Under the pieces are notes generated by a model, which had not been told where the DNA came from, searched no databases, and saw nothing but the letters and a program-made list of their open reading frames with translations. DNA of 64,000 nt from contig JAPETS010000009.1 in assembly GCA_026023565.1 (NCBI GenBank), forward strand, positions 248,001-312,000. The letters run 5' to 3'. Origin of the DNA: Cirrosporium novae-zelandiae (lineage: Eukaryota). Both the position numbers and the translations under genes were made by a program. Below, piece after piece: positions 50,462 through 63,750 of the stretch (position 1 is the first letter of the stretch; each line of letters opens with the position of its first letter).

Positions 50462-51063
50462 GGTGAGTACACAAAACCTAATCTGGGATTTTGAAAAAGT
50501 GAGGGGAGATAAAGGGAAAATGGAGGGCAGTTAGCACTATCATATTTATGTGTCACGAAGATCCATTGATCATCCTTGATGACAATTGTACTTGATGGTG
50601 TCTTTTTCTTCCTGGTTTTTTCTTCAAGCTAAACACGTAATGGGAAATTCTCCTATGCCTTATCGGAATGGCGTTCGGAGTTGAACCTAAATCTCGGCTG
50701 GCTCCTATATAAACCTAGCTCGCGCATTCTGAAGGATTCCAATGATCCATTTTTGTCTCTATCGGAGAGGGTGGCTGGTGAGTTATCATGGATGCATTGT
50801 GAAGTAAAACGGTAGGCTTTGATGGAGAAGGCTTTGGTGGGAGTGGGCCCGCCTAGCCGGCGGAACCCTATCATGTCAGCCCAAGCGAGTCGCGACAAAG
50901 TAAGTTAATCCTTGCATTTTGTCAAGTACCCCCACTAATCACAATATTTAAACATTCAACGACTCTACATACTCCAAAAATAAACCATCATACGTTCAAG
51001 GTGTTTAACCTTAAGGAAACATTTCATATTTTTATACACCTCTGGGACTAATTATATTCATCT

Positions 51064-52840
51064 CTATTTGTTCAGGCGACTTGCTCTCAGAGGATCCCGC
51101 CAAAAGAGACACTGCTCCCTGCGAATGATATCCGGCTCCACTTTGGTCTCATTTGGTGAGATCAAAATCTGCTGCCCGGCAGTTGTGTTTAGACCATAGC
51201 CACTATGGTAATTCGGCCACTTGGGACTGTTGCCCCAACGGAGAGTGTTGGGATTGCCAGTAGCAACGAAACTGGCAAAATAACCATGTAGAATGTGGCT
51301 CACATTGTTTGGATATTGCACATCTGGTGCGTTCCAAGTATATTTGGTGTCAGATGTGTGAGGGATTCCTTGCCAAGCGGGAAAGGAATTGTTGGTATTA
51401 AAGCGTAGCTTCCAAGTCGGAACATTGGCAGTGGAAGTGCGATAGGCAGTTTCCTGGCCCGGACACACGTAACCGTAGTCTGTCCAGGCGGCCGAAACTC
51501 TGTTATATTGAGTACTGTTAGGTGAGTTAATGTAGGGTGATGTTTCCGGATAGGCGACAGGATCTGGATAGAGTTCATCAAGGAGGTCAATGTCTGTGGC
51601 GTTCAAGCCTGGAGATATGTTGTGCATATAATCTAGAAATTGGTCATTTGTTATCAAGTCGCCGGGGGTGTAGTATTTGCCCTCATCCGTCGTACTCGTA
51701 GTGATGACGGGGAGTTTATAGAAAGTGCCTTCGATTCCCGAGACCGATCCCGGCTTCTCTAAGAGTGCCCCGCCGAGGGTTGGTTGAAAAGGCCATGTAA
51801 TGTTATACTCAGAGTCTGTGAATAGTTTCGAGCTAACAGTTTCAATTATTGAAACGTTAACGGCCCGCAGACAATCTAGAGTATCATTCACTTCCGCGCA
51901 GCCTATACCATTCATAAACTGCGCATACTGTCTCTGGTAGAGCGCGTACGAGGCGTTGGGGAATGCCCGAGCTGTCACTCCTCCAGACTGCATGATTGCT
52001 CTAGCAAAAAGACTATGGCCTTGTTGAGTACCGTAGTTGTGAAAGTAATGTATACCAGTTGAATGTGCGCCAGCAGATCGGCCCCCAAGAGTTACTGCAT
52101 CAGGATCACCGCCGAAATTGGTAATATACTTTTGTACAAACTCCAAGAGTCTTCGTTGATCAGTTAAGCCTAGATTAAGAAGGCCTTTCTCCTGAAAGAG
52201 TAATGATGGGAGGAAGCCCAAGGCACTAACCTATGACGGAGATAAGCCTTGGTCTATTCTATGACCTGTGTTGAACTTACTCTATAATTGAAGGTGACTA
52301 CCACCAAGGGAGCCTTGGATGACGCCACAAAAGCGGCTCCATCAAAAGATCTAGCTGAACCACTGACAAAACCACCCTGAAACGGGTTAATTCTAAAGAT
52401 TTTTAGGGACATCGTAGAAGGAATTTGCATACTCCATGGATCCAAACCAACACGGGAAGCTTCTGGCTCATCGAAATATTTTGAGTACGATAAACATTCA
52501 TGTTCAAGCAAGCTTCATCCTGAGCATAGCTTATGGACGAAGGATCTTGAACACAAATTTTCCCGTACTCATTTGCTGCTTGGATTCCAGAGAGGTTCTT
52601 AGGGGGGCCAACATGCGTAAAACGATTCGCACCAATTGGTTGGGATGCATAATCAATGCCCAGCCATGCGTTTACAGAAGCAGGAAGAGGCTGTTTGGTT
52701 ATGGTTTGGTTAATGACAGTGCCAATGAAGGTTCCATGGCCAGTGAGAGTGGCTACAGGAGCATTAGTAGAGGTAGCCTTGATGGAACCAAAGACAGCAA
52801 AGAGGGCTGACAACAGGAAACAGCTCGGGAAGAATATCAT
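51064..52840 (-). CDS. Secreted type-B carboxylesterase/lipase
   Basis: Signal peptide, WLGIDYA, EACLNMNV, VWIH|GGF, NYR, FGGDP, nucleophile GRSAG, TDEG, GIPHTSD; two short introns. Confidence 0.95.
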
Positions 52841-54386
52841 GGTGCAATGGCTTTTTGTAAGATTCTAGAGCTATTGAAAAGCTCCAGGAGAGTGTACACA
52901 TCTTTATACGAGATCTAAGGGAACGGGAATAACAATTCCGTATAGATTTGATCATAGCTGCGATAAGAGAAGAAGATACGATTGACTTCTTCTTTGTCAT
53001 ATAGATTATACCTGAATATTGGGCATAGATATACGATAGCGGAAGAAGGCCGAATTGGTTGAATTGGCCCTGAAGAATGGAAGAAAAGAGTCGGAGCTTG
53101 AAAAAGATCCGAAAAGATGCGTGGGTCAAGCACATGCCAAGTAAAAGCCGTTAACCGTGCGTGCCGTTACCCCTCGCCGGGTGGCTTTTCTTGGCAGGGG
53201 AAAATTGTTCTTAGTACAGTATTTCTGTGGCTTCTGTTAAGGATTCCGGAAGATACCGTGCCAAGATTAGATAGTATAACTAGAATATTTTGGATAAATT
53301 TAATAAAGAACCATACACAAAATCACATTTCAGAGCACTGTCATGCCAGGTGTTCGTTGGCAGTATTTTCAAACGTCCTGTTTAACTTGCGCTTCGGTAG
53401 TACAAATTCCTTGGATCATTTCTAAGTAGCCTAGTTGTCTGAACCCCAGGAGACTAATACCGCGGAACACCTTGACTAGTTTTTCCTCGGAGCTTCCAAG
53501 TACCACTGGATGGCTCGGAAGATTCTACAGCTTCAACTTTTGCACGTTTCTCAAAGAACGAGATGGGGCTTAGAGCATCGTTGGATAGCTGGATAAATTT
53601 AATGATGAATTTGAAGGTTTCTATTTCGTCCAAGAATGATAAATGTTTGTCCTTTCCAAGTATTTTTTATTGCTAGACTGGTTTCTTGTTCACTAGTGGG
53701 AATCCATTAGCGCTCATCCCCACCTAAACGAATGAACAAAAAATATTCCAGTTCCATTTCCCTCTCACGTTGCGCAGGGAAAGAGTCCAGGGCATCCTTT
53801 TTTACTTACATCACAGGGTGCCATCAAGGGGGCCAGTATCCAAATATCCCCTAATCCTCACACCACCACAAAACCCCTAGTTAAATAAAATACAAGAAAC
53901 TCCACCATATATAGATAAACCATACACTCATATCATCATCAGCCTAAACACTACTTACTACATCTATAATTAGTGTGTAGAAGTGTAGGAGGCGAGGATA
54001 TTTGATTAAAAGATACAGGGAGTAGGGCGAACAGCGCGGCATGTTGCGCCAAACTTCCGGGCGTGGGGTCTGGGGGAAAGGTTTTTTGGTGTTTGTTGTA
54101 GGGCAACCTGCCCCCCACATCCGCCCCAAACCTAATCTCAAGCCCCCTGTCACCCCAATAACCGGCATCAATCCAAACTTAACCTAACCTACAGTAACCC
54201 CTATTAACCATCGACCTCTCTGCCCTAGTTTTAATACTCAGCTTTGTAAGGCTGAATAGAGTACTGAATAAAGTATCTAGGGGTTGTAGGATTGTAGAAC
54301 ATATTCCACTGTTATTTCAAAACATTAACATATTTATAGAAAGTATACTTGAAGAAATACACGTCGTGATTATCTATATTGTTATT

Positions 54387-57300
54387 CACTGAAGACTGCA
54401 CTTCGGCATTCGAAAGGCTCGTTGAAGCCTATACCGAAATTGCAAGAGCTCTTCCACGATTTGATCGTCTGCAATATGCCTTCCAAGGTCAGGAAACTCT
54501 GCAGAACGCCCTTGGGTTGGTGTACGCGGATATCCTGGAATTCCATCGTCGCGCCTACAAGTTCTTTCGAAGACGAGCATGGCAGCTCTTTTTCGATTCA
54601 CTGTGGAAGTCATTCGAGCCTCGATTTGATGAGATTATTAGAAGTTTATTGAAACATAAAGAACTTGTTGATAAAGAAGTTTCCACTATTGATATAATTG
54701 AATCCAGAATTGCTCGTAGGGAGGCACAGGAAGAACTGGCGAGGTGTGAAAAGGATCGAGCAACGAACCAACTTCAAGTGTCCCTATCATGGTTGGACAT
54801 TCAAGATTGCCCTCAAGAAGACTACCTTGACAAGCTGTCTATTCGTCGTCATCCTGAAACTTGCAAATGGACATCTAGAAATTCTAAATTGGTGTCATGG
54901 ATGCAAGATGGCCCAACTGTGCCATTTATTTGGCTCAACGGTATTCCTGGTTCTGGAAAGTCTAAAGAGAATGATAATTTCTATCTACTGGCGATTTTTA
55001 TACTTACAAGTGTCAATAGGCAAGTCTATTCTTTGTTCACATATAGTGAACCTGATCCAATCCAAAAACAACATAACAGTGGCTTATTATTTCTGCTCAC
55101 ATGACAATGATGGTCAAGCAGCTGATTCTGGAAGCTCTATCTTTCGAACGATTATCATACAAATTTTGAGATCCAATCTTGATTTAGGTTTATATGCCTT
55201 CGACGAATATGTTAGTAAAGGTCAGAATCCTTCTATGGTTAATACTAGGCGCCTTCTCGGAGAACTCCTGCAAATCGTACCTTCTGGTCATATTGGCATA
55301 GACGGCCTTGATGAATACCATGATAAAGATCATGCGTCAATCCTGAATGCACTAATCTCACTCAACAATCGCTTGCAAGAACACTGCAAAATACTAGTGT
55401 CTAGTCGTGAGACCGGGGAAATCAAGAAGAAGCTTCGTTCGAAGTCGATGCTCTCTTTAAAGGACAGTCGGATGGAGGTAGACGGCGACATTAGGATTTA
55501 CGTCAAAGATTTACTGATTAAGCTCCAAGAAAGTCTGAACTGCGAGATCAATGAGAAAATTATGAATTCTATCGAACAAACTCTGTCTAAAAAGGCAACC
55601 GGTATGGGTATAGAAACTGATTTTGGTCATGGCTTTCACTAAACTATCTACAGGAATGTTTCTATGGGTGTACCTCATGGTCACCACGCTCGAAAACCAG
55701 TACAGTGTAGAAGATTTGCAAACTGCTGTGAACTGTTTACCTGAAGGACTCCATGGCGCGTTAGTATTGGGCATCTCTTTCTATTTTCAAAAATTGACAA
55801 TACAAGTTACAAACGAATTCTCGATCGCATTCAAGACTTGAATCCCCAGCTTCGAAAAAAGATTATAAGTCTACTCGAATGGATCGCCTGCTCGTCCAGG
55901 GCTTTGAAGACGTTTGAGCTGCTAGATGGGGTCTCAATAACCCCTGCTCATCCTGTATTGACTGAAGATATAAAACTCCCAAGGAAATCATCCAACACTG
56001 TGGCCCCATAGTGGAGGAGGATTCCCAAGGTACTGTGAGCTTTGTTCATTTTTCAGTGAAAGAGTAACTATATGACCTCGTTTACTTTACTAATAATTAC
56101 TGACCATTTCCCAGATACTTGCTCGATGAGGTAAGCGGTCCGTTCCTAGATGAAGTCCGAGCCAACTATAATCTTGCATTTTCATGTATGGCTTGCTTAA
56201 ACAACGGTCGAGTCTTTTTTCAATCGGACGAAAACCATCAATTTTGGAGGGTTGTCAAAGGACTCCATGGGTTACATCGCTATGCCCACGATTTTTGGCC
56301 AGATCTTCTTCTTTACTATGACAGGAAAATAGGCAATACTGCCCAAAATGCGCCACAGGCGCTTCTTCAACAGCTGTCGGAATTATTATGAATCCAGACG
56401 AGGTCGCTCGACACCAGGAAGCAGGATACCCCAGGTTCGGGGAGAGCCACTCCTAAGGAAGAAACTTTAAATGGCATTGTGGCTTGGCTTGATGATGCAG
56501 CGGGCGTGAGACTTTTAGTACAGGATGTGCAGAAGTTTAAAAGAGTATCGGCCAAAAGAGAAAAAGAGAATCGAACTGTCGCAGGCGAGTGAGTCTTATC
56601 GTCAACACAAAACGGGGGTTAACTTACAAGTTGCAGCTTCCGAAATTAACCATGCAGACAATAACCCTACTCTGCTCAGCAAAGTCCTCCAGAAATATGA
56701 GACTATTTTAGAAGGTCTACTAGACAAGCCTGCGGATTATACTCCCCAAGGAATCACAAAAGATGAATTTCAAGCTTTTAGACAGCTGTTTAAGACCTCG
56801 ATTTTCATGTGCAGATATCAAGCTTGCCATCAAAGCGGTATTTGCTTTGCTACTTCTCACAAACGGAAGAAGCATGAAGACAACCACACACCAATTCATT
56901 ATTGTAGTGACTCTAGATGCGGCATTTCTCTCAAATCTGCACGTGCTATGAATCAACACATGAAGACATACAATACCAAACTTGAGGAGGAAGTCTCCAT
57001 GTTTAATCCATCCTGTTCTGCTAATGAGGGGAAAGAACCCTCTGCAGGAATGTCACCTAGCGTAGGTTTGAATAGCCTCAACACAGACTTTGCCGATTTG
57101 AAACCGGATTCCGTAGGAGTAAATTATAAAAAAGAAGGCGAAGGCTGGCACGCCATCTTCAATCCAAATATTCCTCGTCAGTTGGATTTTGATTTAAAGT
57201 ACCATTTTGACTATGACAACAAGGCTTGGTGTATTGCATTCAGCGATGATGGCAAATGTTTTGCAGTTGGGCTCGGTCACGAGGCCCAGCTAATTGATTT

Positions 57301-58392
57301 GTCGTCTGGAAACATGTTGTTTAGTTTTATACATGAGTATACCGATCAGAACAAGAGTATCGTAGCATCTCTACGCTTTAGCCCAGGTGGAAATACCTTA
57401 GTCACAAGAGCCACGGATGGTCATATAAGAGTAAGTGATTGCATCAATCCGAACGCTGACTGCGACTAATGCTTCTTGTAGATTTGGGGTATTTATTCTA
57501 GAGAACTTCGTTCTCTACTCACGGGACATAGAGATTCCGTTTCTGCAATTGACATCTCGAGAAATTGCGATGTGATCATTTCTGTAAGTCACGATTGTAC
57601 GGTCAGAGTTTGGGATTACAAGTCGGGGATATGCCTACAAACTTGGAACGCTGGCCCTAGCCTTTAATCGGTGACAACATCACCAGAAGGCCAGTTAATT
57701 GCCGTTGGAGGTTTCTCTGGTGGGATTCTAATGCGGACTATTGATGGCAATATAAACAAAATCCCTGCACCCGACGGTTCTATCTATTCTGTTGTATTTT
57801 CTCCTAGTGGCGCTTCGCTGTTCAGTACCAGTCTCCAAAGAACGGTGATAGAATGGTCTGTAGAAAAGGAATCAGGGGATATCTCGTTTGCAAGGGAATT
57901 GAAAGATCTCGTGGTGTGTATTCATGACTTTTTGCTTTGTTAAACTCCGCACAACACAACATACACTAAAACTTTTCAGGAAGATGCTTGTACTTTAGCT
58001 GTGCCCTATGGTTCTCGGTGGCTATTGGCTGGATTAGTTGACGGGAACGTATACTGCTGGGATCGCAATACTGGAATACCTCATTGCAAATTGAAAATAG
58101 ACACCGAATTTGGTATGATTATAACAGCCGCTAATCCCGGTTTTCAGCCTATCTTAACTTTTCTGCATTTGGTTGTCTGTCATACTAATTTTTGTTTCCA
58201 TAAATAGTTCTGGCTGTCGCATCGAATCGTAGTGGGGATATGTTTGCAACCTGTGGTAGGGAGGGAAAGGTAGGAGTGAACATTCCTGTCAGAATTATAT
58301 AATGTGTCCTAAAATCCCCACAGGTAGGAATCTGGTCTTACACGGACAGAGGAATAAATCAGACTGATCAAGCCGACGCTCAACCGGAATAA
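54387..58392 (+). pseudogene. NLR-like NACHT + C2H2-like zinc fingers + Tup1-like WD40 gene, 5'-truncated and disrupted
   Basis: LPRFDRL, YADILEFH, TCKW, WLNGIPGSG|KS, YYFC, IDGLDE, ILVSSR, GMFLWV, FVHFSVKE, CRYQAC..HEDNH, WHAIFNP..WD repeats. Lesions: donor GAAAGT near 54956, frameshift near 55980, TGA 56389-91, TAA near 57665. Confidence 0.85.
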
Positions 58393-59852
58393 GCCCATCC
58401 TTATCCTCAATCATATGGCTTACCTTCTCTACCTGTGGGATCCCTTGGAGCGACAGATATATCTCCGTTGCCTATCTTTTGATATTCTGACCAACGAGGC
58501 CTAGCTCCATGCTTCGCTTTCTTGTATTGATATAATATTGCCACGAAGCAAAGGGTTTAAGGGAAGCCTTGAAGAGGAACATGAAGATGGCGAACCTACT
58601 ACTGAAATAAGTTGATTCCCTTTATTAAGAATTCCATTGACGGCCCGAGACCCTAACTGAGGCCCTGATTGACCCCAGCTGGACTTCGCTTAGGCCCAAA
58701 AATCGTAGCTTGCTTCAAGAGAGCTTCAAGAGATGTGGCCTAAACACCAACTCGGCTAATACTTGGTGAATGTAGTTCTTCATACGCTCAAGAATTGATA
58801 GGAATCTTTCATGCCTTTTGGGGAGGAATGCAATTACAACAATCTAGCTCAGTTTAATAATCTAAAGTCACGTGCCAAGAACATAGAATCCTGTGTTGTT
58901 AGACAAAGGAGAAGGGAGTAAATACCTATGTATAGATATATATAGGAGGCTTTGCGTTTGTAAGACTGCAGTTGCAGTCTTGGGATGTAGGTTACGCGTA
59001 GCGCGCTTGGCGCAAGCCGGAGGTACTATTATCCGAAGCCTAAGATTCCAAAGGTTCTATACCTATTCCTTGAAGCGTTGCTTCAACCGAATCAATACAT
59101 TAAAAAAAAACTAACCTGTTCCTGAAGAGGTGATAACTGCTCTTGTTGTTGTTACTAGTCGTTTCCTTTTGCTCTCTTTTCTTGGCAACTAAGGAATATG
59201 AATCCTTCAAAAATCATTCATTAAAGTCGCCGAGGTAGTATTACTAACAATCCTGCGCACAAACCGGGAGTCTGCCTTGATATATATCTACTCTGGGAAT
59301 GTTTAATTTTTCCAGTTCATCTAAAACTCCCTAACGATGCAATAGTTACACCAAAGTCATCAATATGGCACCACCATGTTCAGTTAATTCAAACAGCACG
59401 ACACGTCTTGACAGCCGGTGAAGACCCTTGGCAGTCATCCCGTCTCTAACGTCTTAGTTCAACATGTCTATTCCTGAGTGGAGATGCCGTCCCATTTTCG
59501 ACTTCGTAGCCCTATTTCATCGCCAAGGTTAATTCTGCCGAAGGCTAGCCATCATGTACCCTCTCCTTCGGTAATATTCTCTGGCATGTGTATTATGATT
59601 GTTCTCTACATAAAAGGGGCAAGGTTTCCTATATTTCCGTGACTCTTCTCGTTCTCGCCAGAACAATTGACTGAAACTAAACTTCATACATTCCTTTTCA
59701 TCTTGTCCAAAGATCTATACACTCCTTATCGATCAGAGGCATTCATTCCTTCATAGCATTCAGTCTCTAGCCTTGACTGGCTCCAATTGTATCTGTCGAT
59801 CAGAGCACCAAGTCCCTCAAATCTGTGATTGTGGATATATCAATTCTTCAAA

Positions 59853-60680
59853 ATGTACACCCTTGCCCTCCTCGTGGCTCTCCTTCCGGCCTGCCTTGCC
59901 TTCCCTACCCCAACTGTTCTGCAGGAGCGTAATGTTACCCTTGAAGAACGTCTTGCGACGCTCGAAAAGCGAAGTTCAGGCAAGCGTGGTCTCGCTTACA
60001 ACGACGTCTCCCTTCTCTCGGGCTTCGAATCCTCTTCCTATATTAGCTGGGCATACAACTGGGACAGTACGACCGACACTCTCCCTGACTCCGCATGGGA
60101 ATATGTTCCTATGCTCTGGGGTACCGCCGCCACACACACCACCAACTGGGCCGCACGTGCCTCCGCCGCCATCGCTTCGGGCACCACCCATCTTCTCGGC
60201 TTCAACGAACCAGATCTTTCGACCCAAGCCGATATGACCTACTCCGAGGCCGTCACCGCCTGGAACACGTATATGGAGCCTTTCTCCGGCAAAGCCAGTC
60301 TCGTCTCCCCTTGCGTCACCAACGGTGCATCACCCATGGGGCTCACCTGGCTTGGCAACTTCCTCGACGCATGCACAGATTGCACAATTTCAGCTATCGC
60401 GATCCACTGGTACGACTCAGCCACCAATTTCGCATATTTCAAGGAATACATCAATGAAGCCATCACCCTCGCTGGTGACAAAAATGTGTGGCTTACCGAA
60501 TTTGGTGCCACAGGGACGGATGCCGAAATTGCGAGCTTTTTGGAAGAGGCAATCAGCTTTTTGTCTGTGACGGATAAGGTCACATATTATGCTTATTATA
60601 TGGTTGCGGATGGCTATTTGATTGATGGGACCAGTGTGAGCAGCCCTGTTGGGACGACTTATAGGGATTATGTTCCATAA
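59853..60680 (+). CDS. Secreted GH128 (Asl1-like) beta-1,3-glucanase
   Basis: Signal peptide MYTLALLVALLPACLA, KR site, KRGLAY, WAYNW, YVPMLWG, catalytic FNEPD and WLTEFG, IHWY. Confidence 0.93.
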   Translation: MYTLALLVALLPACLAFPTPTVLQERNVTLEERLATLEKRSSGKRGLAYNDVSLLSGFESSSYISWAYNWDSTTDTLPDSAWEYVPMLWGTAATHTTNWAARASAAIASGTTHLLGFNEPDLSTQADMTYSEAVTAWNTYMEPFSGKASLVSPCVTNGASPMGLTWLGNFLDACTDCTISAIAIHWYDSATNFAYFKEYINEAITLAGDKNVWLTEFGATGTDAEIASFLEEAISFLSVTDKVTYYAYYMVADGYLIDGTSVSSPVGTTYRDYVP

Positions 60681-62505
60681 TCTGGGACGGTTGTGGTAGC
60701 GGAATGGGCTTTCTCGTTAGCTGTGAATAAGGGGGGAGCTTTCACTTCCTTCTATTTTATATATCTTCCGATTTTTGCACATAGTTAGGCCTTGAGCTTA
60801 GTTGAAAGAGAAGGAATAGGCCCATGAGGCGTCATGATATAGCATGAGAACGAGATGGGATGATATGAGATGGTACATATCAGCTGGCTCTTGTGAGTAT
60901 GTACGTGTGTGGGAGAAAGAGTACAAATGAATTCTACGTGTATATATCGATTCTCTATTGAGTGTATATACTTTGTCACCCACTCTATTTAATTGCCACC
61001 TATATAGGCGACATCTCTTGCTCCATCACGTTCATGGCAACCTACAAGCTATCTACAGACAGAATATGACATAGCTGCATCCTCACCGCTCCCTCTTTGC
61101 CTTCAGCTCAGTGAGGAAAAATAATAATAACGTAATTGCTAGCCATTAACTCACCAACCAGGCCCCTTCTTCTCAATCACCCACGACTAGTAAAATAAAA
61201 CATCTTCCCAGTGTCCTTTAATGACGTCATGACCGAACCCTTTATGACTTTGTTCTAATAAAATGCCACTGGCTGGGGGATACTAAGCCCCGGGATGGTA
61301 CGGGTCTTATCAGTAAAAATTTCATAGGGAGTAGGTGTGGGAAGACACAATGACGTCGTAGAAGAGCACTATGATGGGGGTTTTCCTAAAGACAGAAAGG
61401 GGTGTTTCTATTACGCCATTAATTCAAAGGAAATAAACCAGAAATGTAGTTGGCTAGAATAAGCAGTAGTGATGATGATGATGATGATGATGTTAGTAGT
61501 AGCAACGATTAAAGTTAACAAGGTAGTCCAGTATACGTGACCCGAGTTTCGAAACCTTTTTAGATAGAGTTGGAGTGAAGATTTCGAGATCAGCTTCGAA
61601 GTTCCTAAGGCTATTTTATTATTTGGGTGTTGGTCTCTCGCTTTTTCATGTTCATCACTACCCTTCTGGCTAGTGTTTAGTCTCCACAGATCCTAATTTC
61701 AGTCAAGGAGAATTTTCATAGGCGATCAAAAAAATAGCCTTGGATATCAATGGACAATTGATAAAATGTTCAAGGGAATGCACAGTGGGGATTGAAGACT
61801 ATGTATATATACATTGTGGCCATTAGCGATTAGTTCTTGCAGCCTGTTATCTGGTCGAATCAGGGGTGTTAAAGTCTTCTCTGGCGGTGATAATTAGAGA
61901 TAATTATAGAAGCGGAAATAACTGCTGGATGGTTGATTGTTCAATATGAATGGTTGAATGGTGGTGATAATGGCAATGTTTGGTATACTAATGGTTTTTA
62001 CGGTTAGTAATTATTTATTCTCCGATCAGACAGACAGCCTTGTCTGCCTTGGCCACCTTACGACCGCTAGAGCTTAGAGATACACAATATTGAGTCCCCA
62101 TTGACCAGAACAAGAATCGGCTACTAAAACTCCGCCAGTATATCGTGATCCGTGCGGTCCGTCGAGATCTAAGCCAGGATATTATATTAACATTGCACCA
62201 ATTAACACCTGCCATGGAAGCTCGGTTCGCGACAATCCTGGGACAGCTGAAGGATAGAAAAAAACCGTTTCGAGTTGAAGAAGCAAGCCATTATCAAGAC
62301 ATAGTAACATGACGCTAATATCAAGCTTCCATTAGACTAAGAGAGCACAGCCTCATATTGATTTGATTCTTTTTCAAGTTCTTCGCATTCTTTTTTCATG
62401 TGCTCCTGGATTTCTTAATACAAGCTTTATGAAGCTCATCATCTGTTGTGCATTGAAATTCCTCAATTTTGGAATTTTGTCTTCTTCCCTAGCTTAGTGT
62501 TCATT

Positions 62506-63750
62506 ATGTTGTTTTCACTGTCTTCACTGCTGCTACTCTACTGCCTTCTTGCGGTGAGCAATGCTACCATACAGACCGACACAAACTACACCCTCACCAA
62601 CTCCGCAACCGGAACCGACACGGTTCTGAAGAGTCCCAATTCAGACGAAAGTTCCGATGACAGTTCAGACGACGACGGCGATGAAGAGTATGTCACCACT
62701 GGACAAGCGAATAGCAACTACAAAGCTTCAGAATTGTGGTACCTCACCTCGGTCTCGGACGGTTCCTATCACGTCTTCAATCGCGATCTAGGTAATAGCT
62801 ACCGTCTCGACTCTCTTACGGATGGGGTTCACTTATACATGGGCGAGAATGATAACTCCCAGAAGGGACAGTTTTGGGAATTTGATACTTGGTCCGATGG
62901 CACATACAAGGTCTGGCAGCGCTCGGGAAACAGCTCTTGGGTTCTAGGTCTCGACTCGAACCACAAATATGCAGTCCTCGGTGATGTCGACAATAATGAT
63001 AAGACGCAGCACTGGAAACTGAATGATGTAGCTTCTTCAGGAAGTTCGACGGCTGCTACTTCTGCAGTCACAGCGACAACCATCACTACTGCTATTGCTT
63101 CTGGTTCTGCCACCTCCTACAAAGCCACCGCCTCAACAACAACAGCATCATCATCATCATCATCATCAAGCTCAAGCTCAAGCTCCTCCCTCAGCACCAC
63201 ATCCAAAAGCTCCTCCTCCCACCACAGCGGCCTCTCTACGGGCGCAAAAGCCGGTCTAGGAATCGGAATCCCCGTCATCGTACTCATTCTCCTCGTCTGC
63301 CTAGTCCACTTTCTCAAGAAAAGGCGACAACAAAAACGGCGACAGCTACATGGACCAAGCTGGCACAAAGCCAACCAATCGAATCCCGATTCCGATCCTG
63401 AACCCGATGCCCGGGACATCATATACAAATCCAATAAGCCTGAACTCAGCGGTCGCTCTATCGATCCTATAGTAGATAATCCCCCTAATACTACTACTAC
63501 TCCTACTACCACTACTACTACTACAAATAATCTCACCACTCCCACCCCTACCACCACTGTTTCCACAGAAGCGATGACACAAGTATCACCGAACTCGGGA
63601 TATACTTATAGCAATTTTAATAATAGTAGCAACAGTGGAAGCATCAGTAACAATAATCAGAAATGGGAATTACATGGAACATCGTCTTATCGATCCAGGG
63701 CGGAATTGCCGGGGAGATGGCCGTATGAGGATAGGCCGGAGTTGCCGTAA
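62506..63750 (+). CDS. Type I membrane protein: ricin-B-like lectin, Ser/Thr stalk, Mid2-like TM, cytoplasmic tail
   Basis: Signal peptide; three QxW-like repeats (SELW, GQFW, TQHW); S/T-rich stalk; GLSTGAKAGLGIGIPV TM followed by KKRRQQKRR; tail with PELS, WELH, AELP and PELP. Confidence 0.85.
   Translation: MLFSLSSLLLLYCLLAVSNATIQTDTNYTLTNSATGTDTVLKSPNSDESSDDSSDDDGDEEYVTTGQANSNYKASELWYLTSVSDGSYHVFNRDLGNSYRLDSLTDGVHLYMGENDNSQKGQFWEFDTWSDGTYKVWQRSGNSSWVLGLDSNHKYAVLGDVDNNDKTQHWKLNDVASSGSSTAATSAVTATTITTAIASGSATSYKATASTTTASSSSSSSSSSSSSSLSTTSKSSSSHHSGLSTGAKAGLGIGIPVIVLILLVCLVHFLKKRRQQKRRQLHGPSWHKANQSNPDSDPEPDARDIIYKSNKPELSGRSIDPIVDNPPNTTTTPTTTTTTTNNLTTPTPTTTVSTEAMTQVSPNSGYTYSNFNNSSNSGSISNNNQKWELHGTSSYRSRAELPGRWPYEDRPELP

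Noticed and set aside
53291..53603. 14-bp direct repeat TGGATAAATTTAAT about 300 bp apart upstream of the esterase
   Set aside because: Only two AT-rich copies; no evidence for an element or binding site.
62446..62505. Upstream non-ATG starts here and at 59829 and 34108
   Set aside because: Artefacts of a bacterial-style ORF caller; the downstream ATGs give proper N-termini.
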